Source: Escherichia phage PSD2001
Sequence record: OK254198.1
Reading direction: 5' to 3' (one strand)
DNA length: 64,000 nt
The position numbers and the translations under genes were made by a program. Positions 53,071 through 62,279 of the stretch are shown here, in pieces. The notes under the pieces are model-generated. The model saw only the letters and a list, made by a program, of their open reading frames with translations. It had not been told where the DNA came from and made no database searches. Each line of letters starts with the position of its first letter. The stretch's first letter is position 1.

Positions 53071-53152
53071 TTTATTCTCCAAAGTTTTTGTGATTCAGTG
53101 TGTAACTCAGTATGGAATCATTATGTCCTAAGACAAGGGGGTTGTACACTAC
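53071..53152 (-). promoter_or_regulatory. early promoter cassette with conserved leader
   Basis: GTGTACAA, 16 nt, CATAATG, ATTCCATACTGAGTTAC leader. Confidence 0.45.
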
Positions 53153-53160
53153 TTTTTTTA

Positions 53161-53195
53161 AAATAAAAAAGGACCCCGAAGGGTCCTAGTCTTTA
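53161..53195 (-). terminator. intrinsic terminator
   Basis: Hairpin GGACCC-ttcg-GGGTCC plus TTTTTTATTTT on the minus strand. Confidence 0.7.
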
Positions 53196-53284
53196 TCTAT
53201 CTTATTACCAATAAACATACCAACAATCACACCTGCGATTGCCGCAAAAATACAAAGCAATGCAAACTCAACTCCAAAACTCAT
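53186..53284 (-). CDS. 32 aa hydrophobic peptide
   Basis: Hand-translated MSFGVEFALLCIFAAIAGVIVGMFIGNKIDKD; ATG overlaps the gene 52 stop (ATGA). Confidence 0.3.
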   Translation of the reverse strand: MSFGVEFALLCIFAAIAGVIVGMFIGNKIDKD

Positions 53285-54660
53285 AGAGCCTCCAAGTCAT
53301 TAAGGTATTCAGTTTTAACATCAGTTGTCTTCCAGTATTCATGCTCAGCTTTCTTAGCCTTTGCTTCGTCTGCAAGCTTCTTGGCTTCATCAGAGGTCAT
53401 ATGGTAGATGTTCATCGCCACTAACTTCTCTGCATAATCGCCATATATTTCACTTGCCTGGAGTTCCTCAATCAACTTCTTACGAGGTTTCCCCTGGATA
53501 ACAACCTTACCGTCAATCACTTCTTTAATAAAGAAGACTTTTGCCCGGGCCAGTTTAAATGCTGCTTCAGTTTCTTTAATCTTACTGTCAATTCGCACTT
53601 GAACATAAGTCTTACGGACATCAACGAAATCGCGAATCAGGTCAAGCGTGTTGGTGTATTCGGCCAGCTTACCTTTGTGATTAAGCACCGTTAAGTTCTG
53701 GGAGAGCTTCTCAATCAGACCGAAGTCTTTCATGATTTTCTCATGATTCTCTTCTTCAGTACCATCCAACTTGTATTCTTTGCGGAATTTAATCTTAAAC
53801 CCAAAACCATGCTCGCCGCAGTTATCTTTCCAGGTGATAAAACCTTTCTCTTCCAGCGGGTCCAGGATTTTACTTGTATACTTTTCCAGGTTCCATTGGA
53901 CCGGGATTTCAGTAATTTCCATTTGGGTCCTGGAGGTCATTTTGTATGTGCCATGAAGTTCATACTTACCAGGCTCTTCCAGCTCAACAACTTCACCGCG
54001 GAATTCTGGATATTTTACTTTCGGAGCAACCGGCTCACGACCTTCCACGATAGCTTTAACAGCTTCCTTGACGTCCTGGAACGAATGAGGAAGTATATCA
54101 GTAGCGAAGCCAACAGCAATCCCAGAAGTGGCGTTAAGTAATACAGTAGGAATAACAGGAAGATAAAAAGCAGGAGGCTTATGTTCTTCATCAGGATGGA
54201 CCGGAGCATATTCTGTATCCTTAAACAAGTTATAAAAGTTCTTTGAAACCCTTGCGAATACATAACGAGCTGATGATGCTTCTGGCACCATTCTGGAACC
54301 AAAGTTGCCTTGCCCATCAAACATGGGGTATTCATTTTTATATGTTGCGACCAGACCAGAAGTTGCTTCTTCCGCCGATGCTTCGCCATGGTGATAACCA
54401 TAATCAGCTACGCCGCCGGCGATAGATGCAACTTTATGGAATTTATTCTTATCACCACGAGCCAGGTCTAATGCTCTCGCCATAACAAATCTGTGAACTG
54501 GTTTAAAACCATCAATCATGTTTGGGATGGCACGACCTTCCACAGTGTAGATAGCATATGATAATGCTTCCACATCAATAATGTCTTTTAGACTGCGTGG
54601 GTTAAGGGTCCCCATGGAATCACTGAACTGTTTGGACATCATACTTAAAACGTCAGACAT
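53281..54660 (-). CDS. 52: DNA topoisomerase II medium subunit gp52
   Basis: 459 aa (T4 442); GyrA/ParC-like, position after motA. Confidence 0.85.
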   Translation of the reverse strand: MSDVLSMMSKQFSDSMGTLNPRSLKDIIDVEALSYAIYTVEGRAIPNMIDGFKPVHRFVMARALDLARGDKNKFHKVASIAGGVADYGYHHGEASAEEATSGLVATYKNEYPMFDGQGNFGSRMVPEASSARYVFARVSKNFYNLFKDTEYAPVHPDEEHKPPAFYLPVIPTVLLNATSGIAVGFATDILPHSFQDVKEAVKAIVEGREPVAPKVKYPEFRGEVVELEEPGKYELHGTYKMTSRTQMEITEIPVQWNLEKYTSKILDPLEEKGFITWKDNCGEHGFGFKIKFRKEYKLDGTEEENHEKIMKDFGLIEKLSQNLTVLNHKGKLAEYTNTLDLIRDFVDVRKTYVQVRIDSKIKETEAAFKLARAKVFFIKEVIDGKVVIQGKPRKKLIEELQASEIYGDYAEKLVAMNIYHMTSDEAKKLADEAKAKKAEHEYWKTTDVKTEYLNDLEAL

Positions 54661-54668
54661 ATATCACC

Positions 54669-54809
54669 TTACCAGATTAACGAATGTACTGCCATTATAG
54701 CATCAGAAATAAAAAGCACAACCTGCACTAATGCAAACATAACTCCATAATACAACGCCACCAATAAGGTAGCAAGGGCTAACGAGTAGCCCAGGATTTT
54801 CTTAATCAT
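54669..54809 (-). CDS. 46 aa hydrophobic peptide
   Basis: Hand-translated [46 protein letters not shown]; ATGA overlap with the upstream ORF. Confidence 0.3.
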   Translation of the reverse strand: MIKKILGYSLALATLLVALYYGVMFALVQVVLFISDAIMAVHSLIW

Positions 54810-54991
54810 TTGTTAACCGCTGATTCCAGAAATTTGACTAAGGCATCCAGTACAAACCATGTGCAAATAAATCCTGCAAAAAGAGTACTTGGGACCCATA
54901 CACCTGTAGCAAAAAGAGTCACAGCAACGATAACAGCTACGAGCCAGATAAAAGTAAAAACTGTTTGCATATTTTCCTCAAGGGCGTCCAA
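54806..54991 (-). CDS. small membrane protein
   Basis: 61 aa track ORF with two hydrophobic segments. Confidence 0.45.
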   Translation of the reverse strand: MDALEENMQTVFTFIWLVAVIVAVTLFATGVWVPSTLFAGFICTWFVLDALVKFLESAVNK

Positions 54992-55059
54992 AGACGCCAG
55001 TTAATTTCAGATTATGACGATGCCATTGCATCACGTGCTCATTATGGAAATTACTCATA

Positions 55060-55509
55060 TTAATAGCTCTGCAGAATGAATTTAAAGTTATCAGCAAGCA
55101 TGCGATTCATTTCTGAAAGGGTCTGACAATCAGAACTATGTGAGCGTGTGAACGCCATCGCAATTTGACCTTTACCATAACCAGTTGTCAAAGGTTTCAT
55201 TTTAGAAACTGGAACAAACAGGACTTCATAGATAACACCATTGTTCGCCATTGTGCGCGACAGTTGTGAACGCTGTTTGCGGATGTGACTTAATACAGTG
55301 TCAAACCCTTGTTGTGAACGTTGGTTACCAACGTAAAAACGTGCAGCAACAATACGTGATTCGCCTTCACCTTTAACCACGAAATAAAAACCTGGTTGGG
55401 TGATAGCTTCTTTAGTTGGACGCCCTACAACATAATTGCCATTATGGATGTGAGCAACAGTGGTAGCGCCAGCATTCAGTACGTCACGACGGGTCATGTA
55501 AGTAGTCAT
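55060..55509 (-). CDS. ndd: nucleoid disruption protein Ndd
   Basis: 149 aa; strong similarity to remembered T4 Ndd ([55 protein letters not shown]). Confidence 0.9.
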   Translation of the reverse strand: MTTYMTRRDVLNAGATTVAHIHNGNYVVGRPTKEAITQPGFYFVVKGEGESRIVAARFYVGNQRSQQGFDTVLSHIRKQRSQLSRTMANNGVIYEVLFVPVSKMKPLTTGYGKGQIAMAFTRSHSSDCQTLSEMNRMLADNFKFILQSY

Positions 55510-55544
55510 ATTAATTTCCTCAGTAAGTTAAAGTTTTGTGCTCC

Positions 55545-55585
55545 AGTGGGGTCATTATACTCTGACCCCAAGAGTTTGTACACTA
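55545..55585 (-). promoter_or_regulatory. early promoter / stem-loop cassette
   Basis: GTGTACAA, 16 nt, TATAATG; the -10 sits in the loop of GGGGTCA...TGACCCC. Confidence 0.4.
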
Positions 55586-55951
55586 TTTTTGAAGTTGTTC
55601 TAAAATAAATCCGCTGGTGTAAAAGGGAGCATTATAAACCTTGTTCAGTGGGTTCAAAGCCTGTCCGTAAGTATCACATAGTTCTTTGATAACATTTTCA
55701 TAGCTTACATAATAACCACTATGATAATACGGGTCCATACTCATACGAAATTTAATGAACCGATAAAAGCCTGTTTCTGGGTCTTGAACGAAAACGAAAT
55801 CAGCACTCGTCATAATTTTTGAATCTACGCCGGGAATCATACTTTGATTGAATGCCGCCGATGCATCCTGAAGGCTGAGTTGTTTAAAGAACATCACCTT
55901 AGCATTACCAAAAAAGATTTTAGACATGATAATTTCCTTATTCAGCGTCAA
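55583..55951 (-). CDS. hypothetical protein (ndd.x)
   Basis: 122 aa track ORF. Confidence 0.5.
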   Translation of the reverse strand: MTLNKEIIMSKIFFGNAKVMFFKQLSLQDASAAFNQSMIPGVDSKIMTSADFVFVQDPETGFYRFIKFRMSMDPYYHSGYYVSYENVIKELCDTYGQALNPLNKVYNAPFYTSGFILEQLQK

Positions 55952-56150
55952 CAGAAATAGCCATCAGTTCATCAACAGTAAGACACTGTACACTAGGACC
56001 TACGCAAAAACGCTTAGTTGAATCATTGAGGTCTGTAGCATTAACAGGTTGTAATTCGGTCCCAACTTGCAAAGGAGAAATACGAATAAGTTGTTGGCCA
56101 TTATGCAATACAAAGCTCTCACCGACTACCACATCTTTAAAAAGTTTCAT
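55938..56150 (-). CDS. hypothetical protein (ndd.x)
   Basis: 70 aa track ORF with GAGGA RBS. Confidence 0.5.
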   Translation of the reverse strand: MKLFKDVVVGESFVLHNGQQLIRISPLQVGTELQPVNATDLNDSTKRFCVGPSVQCLTVDELMAISVDAE

Positions 56151-56167
56151 AATATTTTCCTCAGTAA

Positions 56168-56314
56168 TTAAAGAATTTCTTCAATTTGAATGTATTTGCT
56201 ATAACCTTCCTCAATGAGGATATCACGAGCACAATCAGCACTGATATAAGCATTAAAGCTAAGGGTTTTAATCACTTTACCATGCAGCTTTACTTTATAA
56301 ATTCGATTACCCAT
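56168..56314 (-). CDS. hypothetical protein (ndd.x)
   Basis: Track ORF 56168..56356 starts at TTG; trimmed to MGNRIYKV with GAGGA RBS. Confidence 0.4.
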   Translation of the reverse strand: MGNRIYKVKLHGKVIKTLSFNAYISADCARDILIEEGYSKYIQIEEIL

Positions 56315-56325
56315 AATATTTTCCT

Positions 56326-56436
56326 CAGAAGTTAAAGAATACGCGTACATGGTCAATCATAAAAACAATTGGGAAAATGCTCAGGACAACAAACAGTACA
56401 AACATGTTCCAAATGGCTTTAAGTAACTTTTTCATA
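56326..56436 (-). CDS. 36 aa hydrophobic peptide
   Basis: Hand-translated MKKLLKAIWNMFVLFVVLSIFPIVFMIDHVRVFFNF; GGAGA RBS; coordinates approximate. Confidence 0.3.
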
Positions 56437-56445
56437 ATCATCTCC

Positions 56446-56495
56446 AGTAGTTGATAGGTTCATTATACTACAACCACTGGAGATGTACACTCTTT
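56446..56495 (-). promoter_or_regulatory. early promoter / stem-loop cassette
   Basis: GTGTACAT, ~15 nt, TATAATG inside inverted repeat CTCCAGT...ACTGGAG. Confidence 0.4.
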
Positions 56496-56580
56496 TATGC
56501 AAGTTTCAATAATAATAAACTAAAACAAACGCAAATTACTGGGATGCACAACATCCAGATAAAACACCAGGTTCTGCTGC

Positions 56581-56844
56581 TCACAATTCCACCTCAATGA
56601 TTTCAAGTTGATTTTCAACAATTGCATGCTGAATACATTTATACACATCAATGGACCAGGAATTATTATATTGCCCATCAATCAAACGTTGAAGGTCTTC
56701 GCGAGTTGACAGATATGGTTGGTCTGATTCCCATTTTGATAAAAACATTGTGGTGTATGTATCGCCTTCGCCGGTGACAAAGGTCGCGGATGCAACAAAT
56801 TCCCCAGTAACTTTATGCTTGACATAGTAAAATTTAAATTTCAT
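56581..56844 (-). CDS. hypothetical protein
   Basis: Track ORF 56581..56964 trimmed to MKFKFYYV with GGAG RBS. Confidence 0.45.
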   Translation of the reverse strand: MKFKFYYVKHKVTGEFVASATFVTGEGDTYTTMFLSKWESDQPYLSTREDLQRLIDGQYNNSWSIDVYKCIQHAIVENQLEIIEVEL

Positions 56845-56915
56845 TTTGTTTCTCCAGTCTGTTTGGTAACTCAGTATGAAGCCATTATGCACTGACTCCA
56901 TACTGATGTACACTA
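56845..56915 (-). promoter_or_regulatory. early promoter cassette with conserved leader
   Basis: GTGTACAT, 16 nt, CATAATGG, TTCATACTGAGTTAC leader. Confidence 0.45.
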
Positions 56916-56917
56916 TT

Positions 56918-57193
56918 TTAATTGTGCATTTGTTCTTTAACTTCTTTATATGCGCCAACTGCATTCACGACCCCAGTAAAATCTGCAGTACCGCGATAGA
57001 GATATAAAGCAATTTCAGTCAGGTGGTAGACTTCAAATTCTGAAAGATAAACGATAACGTCATAATATGCAACTTGACCCTGGACTTCGTTGAATACCAC
57101 ATCAAAAATTTCATGAGTTGGAAAATTGATGTTGTTGTTTTTGAGTGCTTGGATAAGAATTTGTTTGATGTTGTGAGTAGTAACGTGTTCCAT
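56918..57193 (-). CDS. hypothetical protein
   Basis: Track ORF 56918..57283 trimmed to MEHVTTHN with GAGGA RBS. Confidence 0.45.
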   Translation of the reverse strand: MEHVTTHNIKQILIQALKNNNINFPTHEIFDVVFNEVQGQVAYYDVIVYLSEFEVYHLTEIALYLYRGTADFTGVVNAVGAYKEVKEQMHN

Positions 57194-57240
57194 GATAATG
57201 TCCTCATTTGTTGGTATGAGGACATTATTACACAGTTGGT

Positions 57241-57834
57241 TCAGCTTGTAAACCGGTGATAGGGAAATTTTTCTTCTGAACAAGAACGGAGGTACCAGCC
57301 ATCCCCTTGTGACTTTTGCACAAGACCAGACTCAGGAACGAAAGCACCAGGTCCAGCAAGGAATTTTGGCTTAAAACGATAACCTTTGATAGTCTCTTTT
57401 ACATTAAACATAATCATAAGGTCAGCAAGCTTGTGTTGCATAAAAGGACCAAGATTGACCCCGTAACCATGCGGATAATCGCCCTGGTGACCAGTATGCA
57501 CGGATATCCATTTGGAACCGGACTGATGAGTCTTGACTTCAATTCTTACGCCTTCTTTCGAAACTACATCAAATGCAAAGGAATAAGGATTATCGTAATC
57601 TTCATCACCGCCGCATAAAAAGCCGGAGGTCCATTTGGCAATAGCTTGTTCTGCCATTGTAGCCACCATACATCTTTGCATGACTTGCTCACGGTCCTGG
57701 CCAGGGTCTTTACGTAATGAATACCTGGCAGTGTCTACAATCTTTTGCAGTGATTCTGGGGTTAAGTCTTCTTTTGTATAAAGAAAGGAAGGCATCTTTT
57801 TCAGATGCTCCCATGTTTTACTCTTCTGAATCAT
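57241..57834 (-). CDS. denB: endonuclease IV-like (positional)
   Basis: 197 aa between ndd cluster and rIIB (T4 denB 185 aa); no motif-level confirmation. Confidence 0.45.
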   Translation of the reverse strand: MIQKSKTWEHLKKMPSFLYTKEDLTPESLQKIVDTARYSLRKDPGQDREQVMQRCMVATMAEQAIAKWTSGFLCGGDEDYDNPYSFAFDVVSKEGVRIEVKTHQSGSKWISVHTGHQGDYPHGYGVNLGPFMQHKLADLMIMFNVKETIKGYRFKPKFLAGPGAFVPESGLVQKSQGDGWYLRSCSEEKFPYHRFTS

Positions 57835-58087
57835 CTTTTACCTCATCGATACCGACGATTCCCCGGATATGAAGCTCGCCATAGTACAAACGGTCATTAG
57901 CATCAAATGTATCAGAATCCGGGTCAGGAAATTCCCCAACAACTACTTCATCACATTCCAACCAGCCATAGTGAACATCACCTTCATGCTTGATAAGCTT
58001 ACCACAGTAAACTATTCCTGCATAATGATGACCCCGGAGATTTGAAACTTTGATGTCACGGTCTGACACATTGAAATGCTTAATCAT
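57818..58087 (-). CDS. hypothetical protein (denB.1 position)
   Basis: 89 aa track ORF. Confidence 0.45.
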   Translation of the reverse strand: MIKHFNVSDRDIKVSNLRGHHYAGIVYCGKLIKHEGDVHYGWLECDEVVVGEFPDPDSDTFDANDRLYYGELHIRGIVGIDEVKDDSEE

Positions 58088-58090
58088 AAT

Positions 58091-58288
58091 TTATTCACCA
58101 AAATAAGAGATACGAGTTGCCAGTACATGAGCATATGCGCCCATCGCATCTAACTGGGCAATCAAAAGACCTTGTTGACGAGCATCGAGAGTTTCAAAAA
58201 CTCCACCCTTAATAAACTCTTCAAGAGCATTAATTTTCAAAACCAGCTGGTCATATTCTTCAACTACACGTGCTTGGAAACCTAACAT
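58091..58288 (-). CDS. hypothetical protein
   Basis: 65 aa track ORF. Confidence 0.45.
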   Translation of the reverse strand: MLGFQARVVEEYDQLVLKINALEEFIKGGVFETLDARQQGLLIAQLDAMGAYAHVLATRISYFGE

Positions 58289-58321
58289 AAAGCCTCATTA
58301 GGGGCCGAAGCCCCGATTAAT

Positions 58322-59296
58322 TTAGAATTGTTCAGTTACATCATCAAGGACCAGATAACCACATACCCTCATTTTGGAATCATTATAATCCACCGGGATG
58401 CTTACAACATCGCGCGGGTGAACTTTACAGGATACGATGCGCCCATCACCATGACCAAAGCCACTTCCGATATAACCTTTAGAACAAACGTGCAGCCCAG
58501 TTGAACAGGTCTGTTCGTCATTGTCATTCACACGAGAGCGCGGCATTTTAACATATTGGCCAGGGCTGTTGTCGAATGTGTTTGAGTGGCAATCTTTGTA
58601 GGTTGAACGAACCATTTTCCATGCGATGAAATGGCCGTCTTCGGTGATTTCGATATCGTTCGCAACCAGGAAGTCAAACAAACGCTGTACGGCTTTCTCA
58701 CTCGGGTTCTCAAGGAGATTCTCAAGGAACGGCAGATAAAATTCAAAGTCTTCGCCATTTTGCATTGAATCAATGATACGAGTAACCAGGCCAGAGCGCA
58801 GTTCAATTCCCTGATAGAACAGACTACCACCTTCAATACGCACATCGCCTTTTACATATTTTTGTACTGCAGCTTTGATTGAAATAAACTCGATAGCATC
58901 ATCAAAACGAGATTCAATCAATGCCTGAATAATATCATTAAAGTGTTTATGGTCTTTTGTTGCGTTCCAGACTGTACGACCTTCAGTGATGGAAACGAAT
59001 TTGCTTGATGCGTTCCATACGATTTCTGGACGGCTACCGCCGATTGTATCTTCAACAACCGGAACTTCAACCGTTACTGTCACTGGAGCATTAATCGCCA
59101 CACCAACAGCTGCTTTCAGTGATGCAGAAATGGTTTTAGATAATTTTGATTCTTTATCATTTTTCAAAACACGGCGAATGGTGTCAACCGATACACCGAA
59201 ATTATCTGCTAGTTCCTGTTGGGTATAATTACCAGTTTTATAAAGAGAAACTACCTGGTTTTGGTCAAATTTGGATAAAGCTTTAATATTAAACAT
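58322..59296 (-). CDS. rIIB: rIIB protein
   Basis: 324 aa; near-identical to remembered T4 rIIB. Confidence 0.95.
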   Translation of the reverse strand: MFNIKALSKFDQNQVVSLYKTGNYTQQELADNFGVSVDTIRRVLKNDKESKLSKTISASLKAAVGVAINAPVTVTVEVPVVEDTIGGSRPEIVWNASSKFVSITEGRTVWNATKDHKHFNDIIQALIESRFDDAIEFISIKAAVQKYVKGDVRIEGGSLFYQGIELRSGLVTRIIDSMQNGEDFEFYLPFLENLLENPSEKAVQRLFDFLVANDIEITEDGHFIAWKMVRSTYKDCHSNTFDNSPGQYVKMPRSRVNDNDEQTCSTGLHVCSKGYIGSGFGHGDGRIVSCKVHPRDVVSIPVDYNDSKMRVCGYLVLDDVTEQF

Positions 59297-59297
59297 A

Positions 59298-61532
59298 TTA
59301 TTCCTTATTGGCCGCTTCCACGGCTTTCATGATTTGAGCAACGTTCTGTACTTGTTCAGTTGACATGGCGTTACGGTTATATAAAAAGTGTGAAACAATC
59401 GGGTGATTCTTTTCAAATTCAAAAACCATTTTATCGCTTGTTACCGAAGCGTTTTTGGTCAGGTCGTCATAAATCTTATTACAAAGGACCAGTGTTTCCT
59501 GCATGGTCTTATCAACCGTTCCACTGTTATATGCGTTATAAGCAAAGAACTTATTGAACTGCATTAGTTCGGCATAGTCAGTATTCACATCTTTCTGAAC
59601 ATCTTTTGCATAAAAATACTTGAACATAAAATTCAGTTCTGCATATTCAGACAGGATAGGAATATAATAACGCGAACGGCTTGAAGCGGCAATGTACTGG
59701 TCAGCATCAACCGCATCAATCAATTCCACATAACGATTGACTGCAGCTTCAATCAGACAATCACACTGCGCCAGCTTGGTAACCTTTTTCTGAAGCTGTG
59801 GACGAATAACACAGAATTCATTGATTTCCAACAGGTTTGCCAGTTTACACAATGTCTGGGTCCCGAAGGTCGTGGTGCCATATTCTTGATTCAACGGGGA
59901 AATGCTACTGCGGTTAATGAATACAGCATAACCATCGATTTCCTCTGCATCAGCTGCACATGTAAATTCTTCAACAGACTGCCATTTGCCATTAGTTTTA
60001 GTCCAACGAATCAATGATGGAGTCTTTGACTTAACGCGCGCTTTCGGGTCAGCAACCGGAATCCAGTCTTTTACAAGGGCGGTCAGTTCAGACGTACGAT
60101 AGATATTAACTGTATCGCCTTTAAATCGTTCTTGAAGTTGAACCATCAGACGTGTTTGAATTTCGCTGGTTGGGTCAACGAACAATAGACTACTACCTTG
60201 TACAGTCGGGACTTTACCAGATGCTTTGAGCTTTTTGGCTTTCGCGCTGGTGTCATATAGCATTGAACTGATACCACGAATCATCGCAATTCGCCCTTTA
60301 GCATCGTCAATAACAATGTTCAAGGTATTATTCTGAATACCAAACATGCTCGTCAGACTTGCAGTATTCGTGTTCGAGCTTGAGTTACGCAGACGTTTCA
60401 GACGGGTAGTGCTATAGATATCATAGACAACCCCGGCATTAATAAGGTCTTTGTCCAGCTCGAACATTTCATACATCTGGTTAAAGGTCAATTGCGATTT
60501 CGTAAATTTCGTTTCAGCATTACGAGCTTTCAGAAAATTACGAGCTTCATAACTCAGACTCTGTAATTCGCGATACGTGTGGCGGATACATTCTGATTCC
60601 TGCCATTTCTTACAATCATCTTCCATGACTTTCTTATCAAGGGATTCAATACGTTCAACGATATTTGCGACCGTACGTTTATCCAGTGATAATGCTTCGC
60701 GAGAAGGTGCAATATCCAACGAACCCATCGGGAACTTAATAAAGACAACATCATTTTTGGCAGTCATCCAGGTTTTCTTTGTATAACCGTCGGCAATTGG
60801 ATAAACAATTCCACCGTAAATTGCATAAAGACCATAACGTTCTGGGCTGCTATAATTAATACGCTCTGGAGCATAATAATCATCAAATTCCGGGAAATAA
60901 TTAATTTCGCCTACGCCTTGTACTTCAGCCAGTCCAGCAAATGGGCGCATGATATATGCAATCTCGTGGCGGAACTTACCAAAATCATTACTATCAACCG
61001 GGACAACAACTTCAATCCCTGTGCGGTCGCCAGGTTTCATTGGTTCGCTAAAGGTTGGCTTAATCTGTGGACCATCACCATCCATATAAGCGACATAACC
61101 ATTAACTTGACCATCATGATACGAAATCAGGCTAAACGTCTCTGTATAACTGAACGGAGATTTAGAACCCAGACCAAAGCCACCAATAAAATCATTGGAT
61201 TCAGCCTTGGATGATGCAAAGAAACTGTTATACAGACCTGGGGTATTTTCATCACCACGAATCTGGAAATCACTCATACCCGGACCAAAGTCACGACACA
61301 CAAAACGTGGGTCCAGTTCACCAGGAGCCTGGACAATGAATTTATCCTGACAACCATTGAGCATATGAGCATCAATCATATTGGTAATCAGCTCACGAAC
61401 AACCGCACGCACCTTGTTTGTATAAAGGTCGCTGGTCAGAATCTTAAACACCTTTGGAGATGCCTGGATTGTGAATGCTGATGCCTTGGCACCATTACCA
61501 AGGATTGTTTCCTTTTCAGTTTCTAAAATCAT
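59298..61532 (-). CDS. rIIA: rIIA protein
   Basis: 744 aa (T4 725), immediately upstream of rIIB. Confidence 0.9.
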   Translation of the reverse strand: MILETEKETILGNGAKASAFTIQASPKVFKILTSDLYTNKVRAVVRELITNMIDAHMLNGCQDKFIVQAPGELDPRFVCRDFGPGMSDFQIRGDENTPGLYNSFFASSKAESNDFIGGFGLGSKSPFSYTETFSLISYHDGQVNGYVAYMDGDGPQIKPTFSEPMKPGDRTGIEVVVPVDSNDFGKFRHEIAYIMRPFAGLAEVQGVGEINYFPEFDDYYAPERINYSSPERYGLYAIYGGIVYPIADGYTKKTWMTAKNDVVFIKFPMGSLDIAPSREALSLDKRTVANIVERIESLDKKVMEDDCKKWQESECIRHTYRELQSLSYEARNFLKARNAETKFTKSQLTFNQMYEMFELDKDLINAGVVYDIYSTTRLKRLRNSSSNTNTASLTSMFGIQNNTLNIVIDDAKGRIAMIRGISSMLYDTSAKAKKLKASGKVPTVQGSSLLFVDPTSEIQTRLMVQLQERFKGDTVNIYRTSELTALVKDWIPVADPKARVKSKTPSLIRWTKTNGKWQSVEEFTCAADAEEIDGYAVFINRSSISPLNQEYGTTTFGTQTLCKLANLLEINEFCVIRPQLQKKVTKLAQCDCLIEAAVNRYVELIDAVDADQYIAASSRSRYYIPILSEYAELNFMFKYFYAKDVQKDVNTDYAELMQFNKFFAYNAYNSGTVDKTMQETLVLCNKIYDDLTKNASVTSDKMVFEFEKNHPIVSHFLYNRNAMSTEQVQNVAQIMKAVEAANKE

Positions 61533-61539
61533 GTTTTTC

Positions 61540-61749
61540 TCACTTTATGTTACGTTTGATTAATTCTGCAACTTCAAGAAGTTCATCCTTTGTTGCGGTG
61601 TCTGAAGCTATTTTAATACGGATTTCTTTGAAGCGTTCTTTAAACTCTTCAGCTTCTCTTATATCAAAAAATCGTTGGATAACGCGGTATTCTTTATGGA
61701 CAGCCTTATCAAACAGTTCCATATTAACTTTGAAGTTCGTCATTTCCAA
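61540..61749 (-). CDS. hypothetical protein (rIIA.1 position)
   Basis: 69 aa track ORF. Confidence 0.5.
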   Translation of the reverse strand: MEMTNFKVNMELFDKAVHKEYRVIQRFFDIREAEEFKERFKEIRIKIASDTATKDELLEVAELIKRNIK

Positions 61750-62008
61750 TCTCCTGTAATATTTTTCTCATACTACGCATGGTAGCTTTATGTTCTTGGT
61801 CATGGTATATCAATGCAAGGAGTGCTTCAATTCGCTCCTCAGGAACCTTCTGACCAGCTTTAATGCTCATGGCTGTTGTTCTTACAGCCAACAAGTAACT
61901 TCGCTTCCTGTCGCTATCTGGGAGCTCCTGCACCTTCCTCAGGCCTGCTTCCATAATACAACGAGCAACATTCTGTAGATTAACTAAACTTCCGTCAGAC
62001 ATAATCAT
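61724..62008 (-). CDS. hypothetical protein
   Basis: 94 aa track ORF. Confidence 0.45.
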   Translation of the reverse strand: MIMSDGSLVNLQNVARCIMEAGLRKVQELPDSDRKRSYLLAVRTTAMSIKAGQKVPEERIEALLALIYHDQEHKATMRSMRKILQEIGNDELQS

Positions 62009-62057
62009 ATTTTCACCTCAAGGACATCTTAACGCAATTTTTATGGCTTGTACATAA

Positions 62058-62085
62058 TAAAAAAGGACCCGAAGGTCCTTTTGGC
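62058..62085 (-). terminator. intrinsic terminator
   Basis: Hairpin GGACC-ttcg-GGTCC plus TTTTTTATT on the minus strand. Confidence 0.65.
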
Positions 62086-62237
62086 TACTCAACTTTATAG
62101 ACTTGCCCATATGCGGTATAGTATTCACCATCCCAGGTCTCGCACATAATGGTGACAAAGGATGCAAACAGGGGTTTAGTATCGGCCCACAGATAACCGT
62201 ATTCGCCATTTGACAACGTAACCCACCACTTTTTCAT
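62085..62237 (-). CDS. 50 aa Trp/Tyr-rich protein
   Basis: Hand-translated MKKWWVTLSNGEYGYLWADTKPLFASFVTIMCETWDGEYYTAYGQVYKVE; GGAG RBS; ends just before the terminator. Confidence 0.4.
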   Translation of the reverse strand: MKKWWVTLSNGEYGYLWADTKPLFASFVTIMCETWDGEYYTAYGQVYKVE

Positions 62238-62253
62238 GGACTTCTCCTATAAG

Positions 62254-62269
62254 ACGGGAGAATATTCTC
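62254..62269. repeat. perfect 16-bp palindrome GGGAGAATATTCTCCC
   Basis: Self-complementary 16-mer between the gene 39 stop and the small ORF start. Confidence 0.6.
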
Positions 62270-62279
62270 CCACATCTAT

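Noticed and set aside
62018-62209. 63 aa minus-strand track ORF
   Set aside because: Its frame runs through the terminator hairpin at 62058-62085; a different frame gives a 50 aa ORF with a GGAG RBS that ends just before the terminator, which was annotated instead
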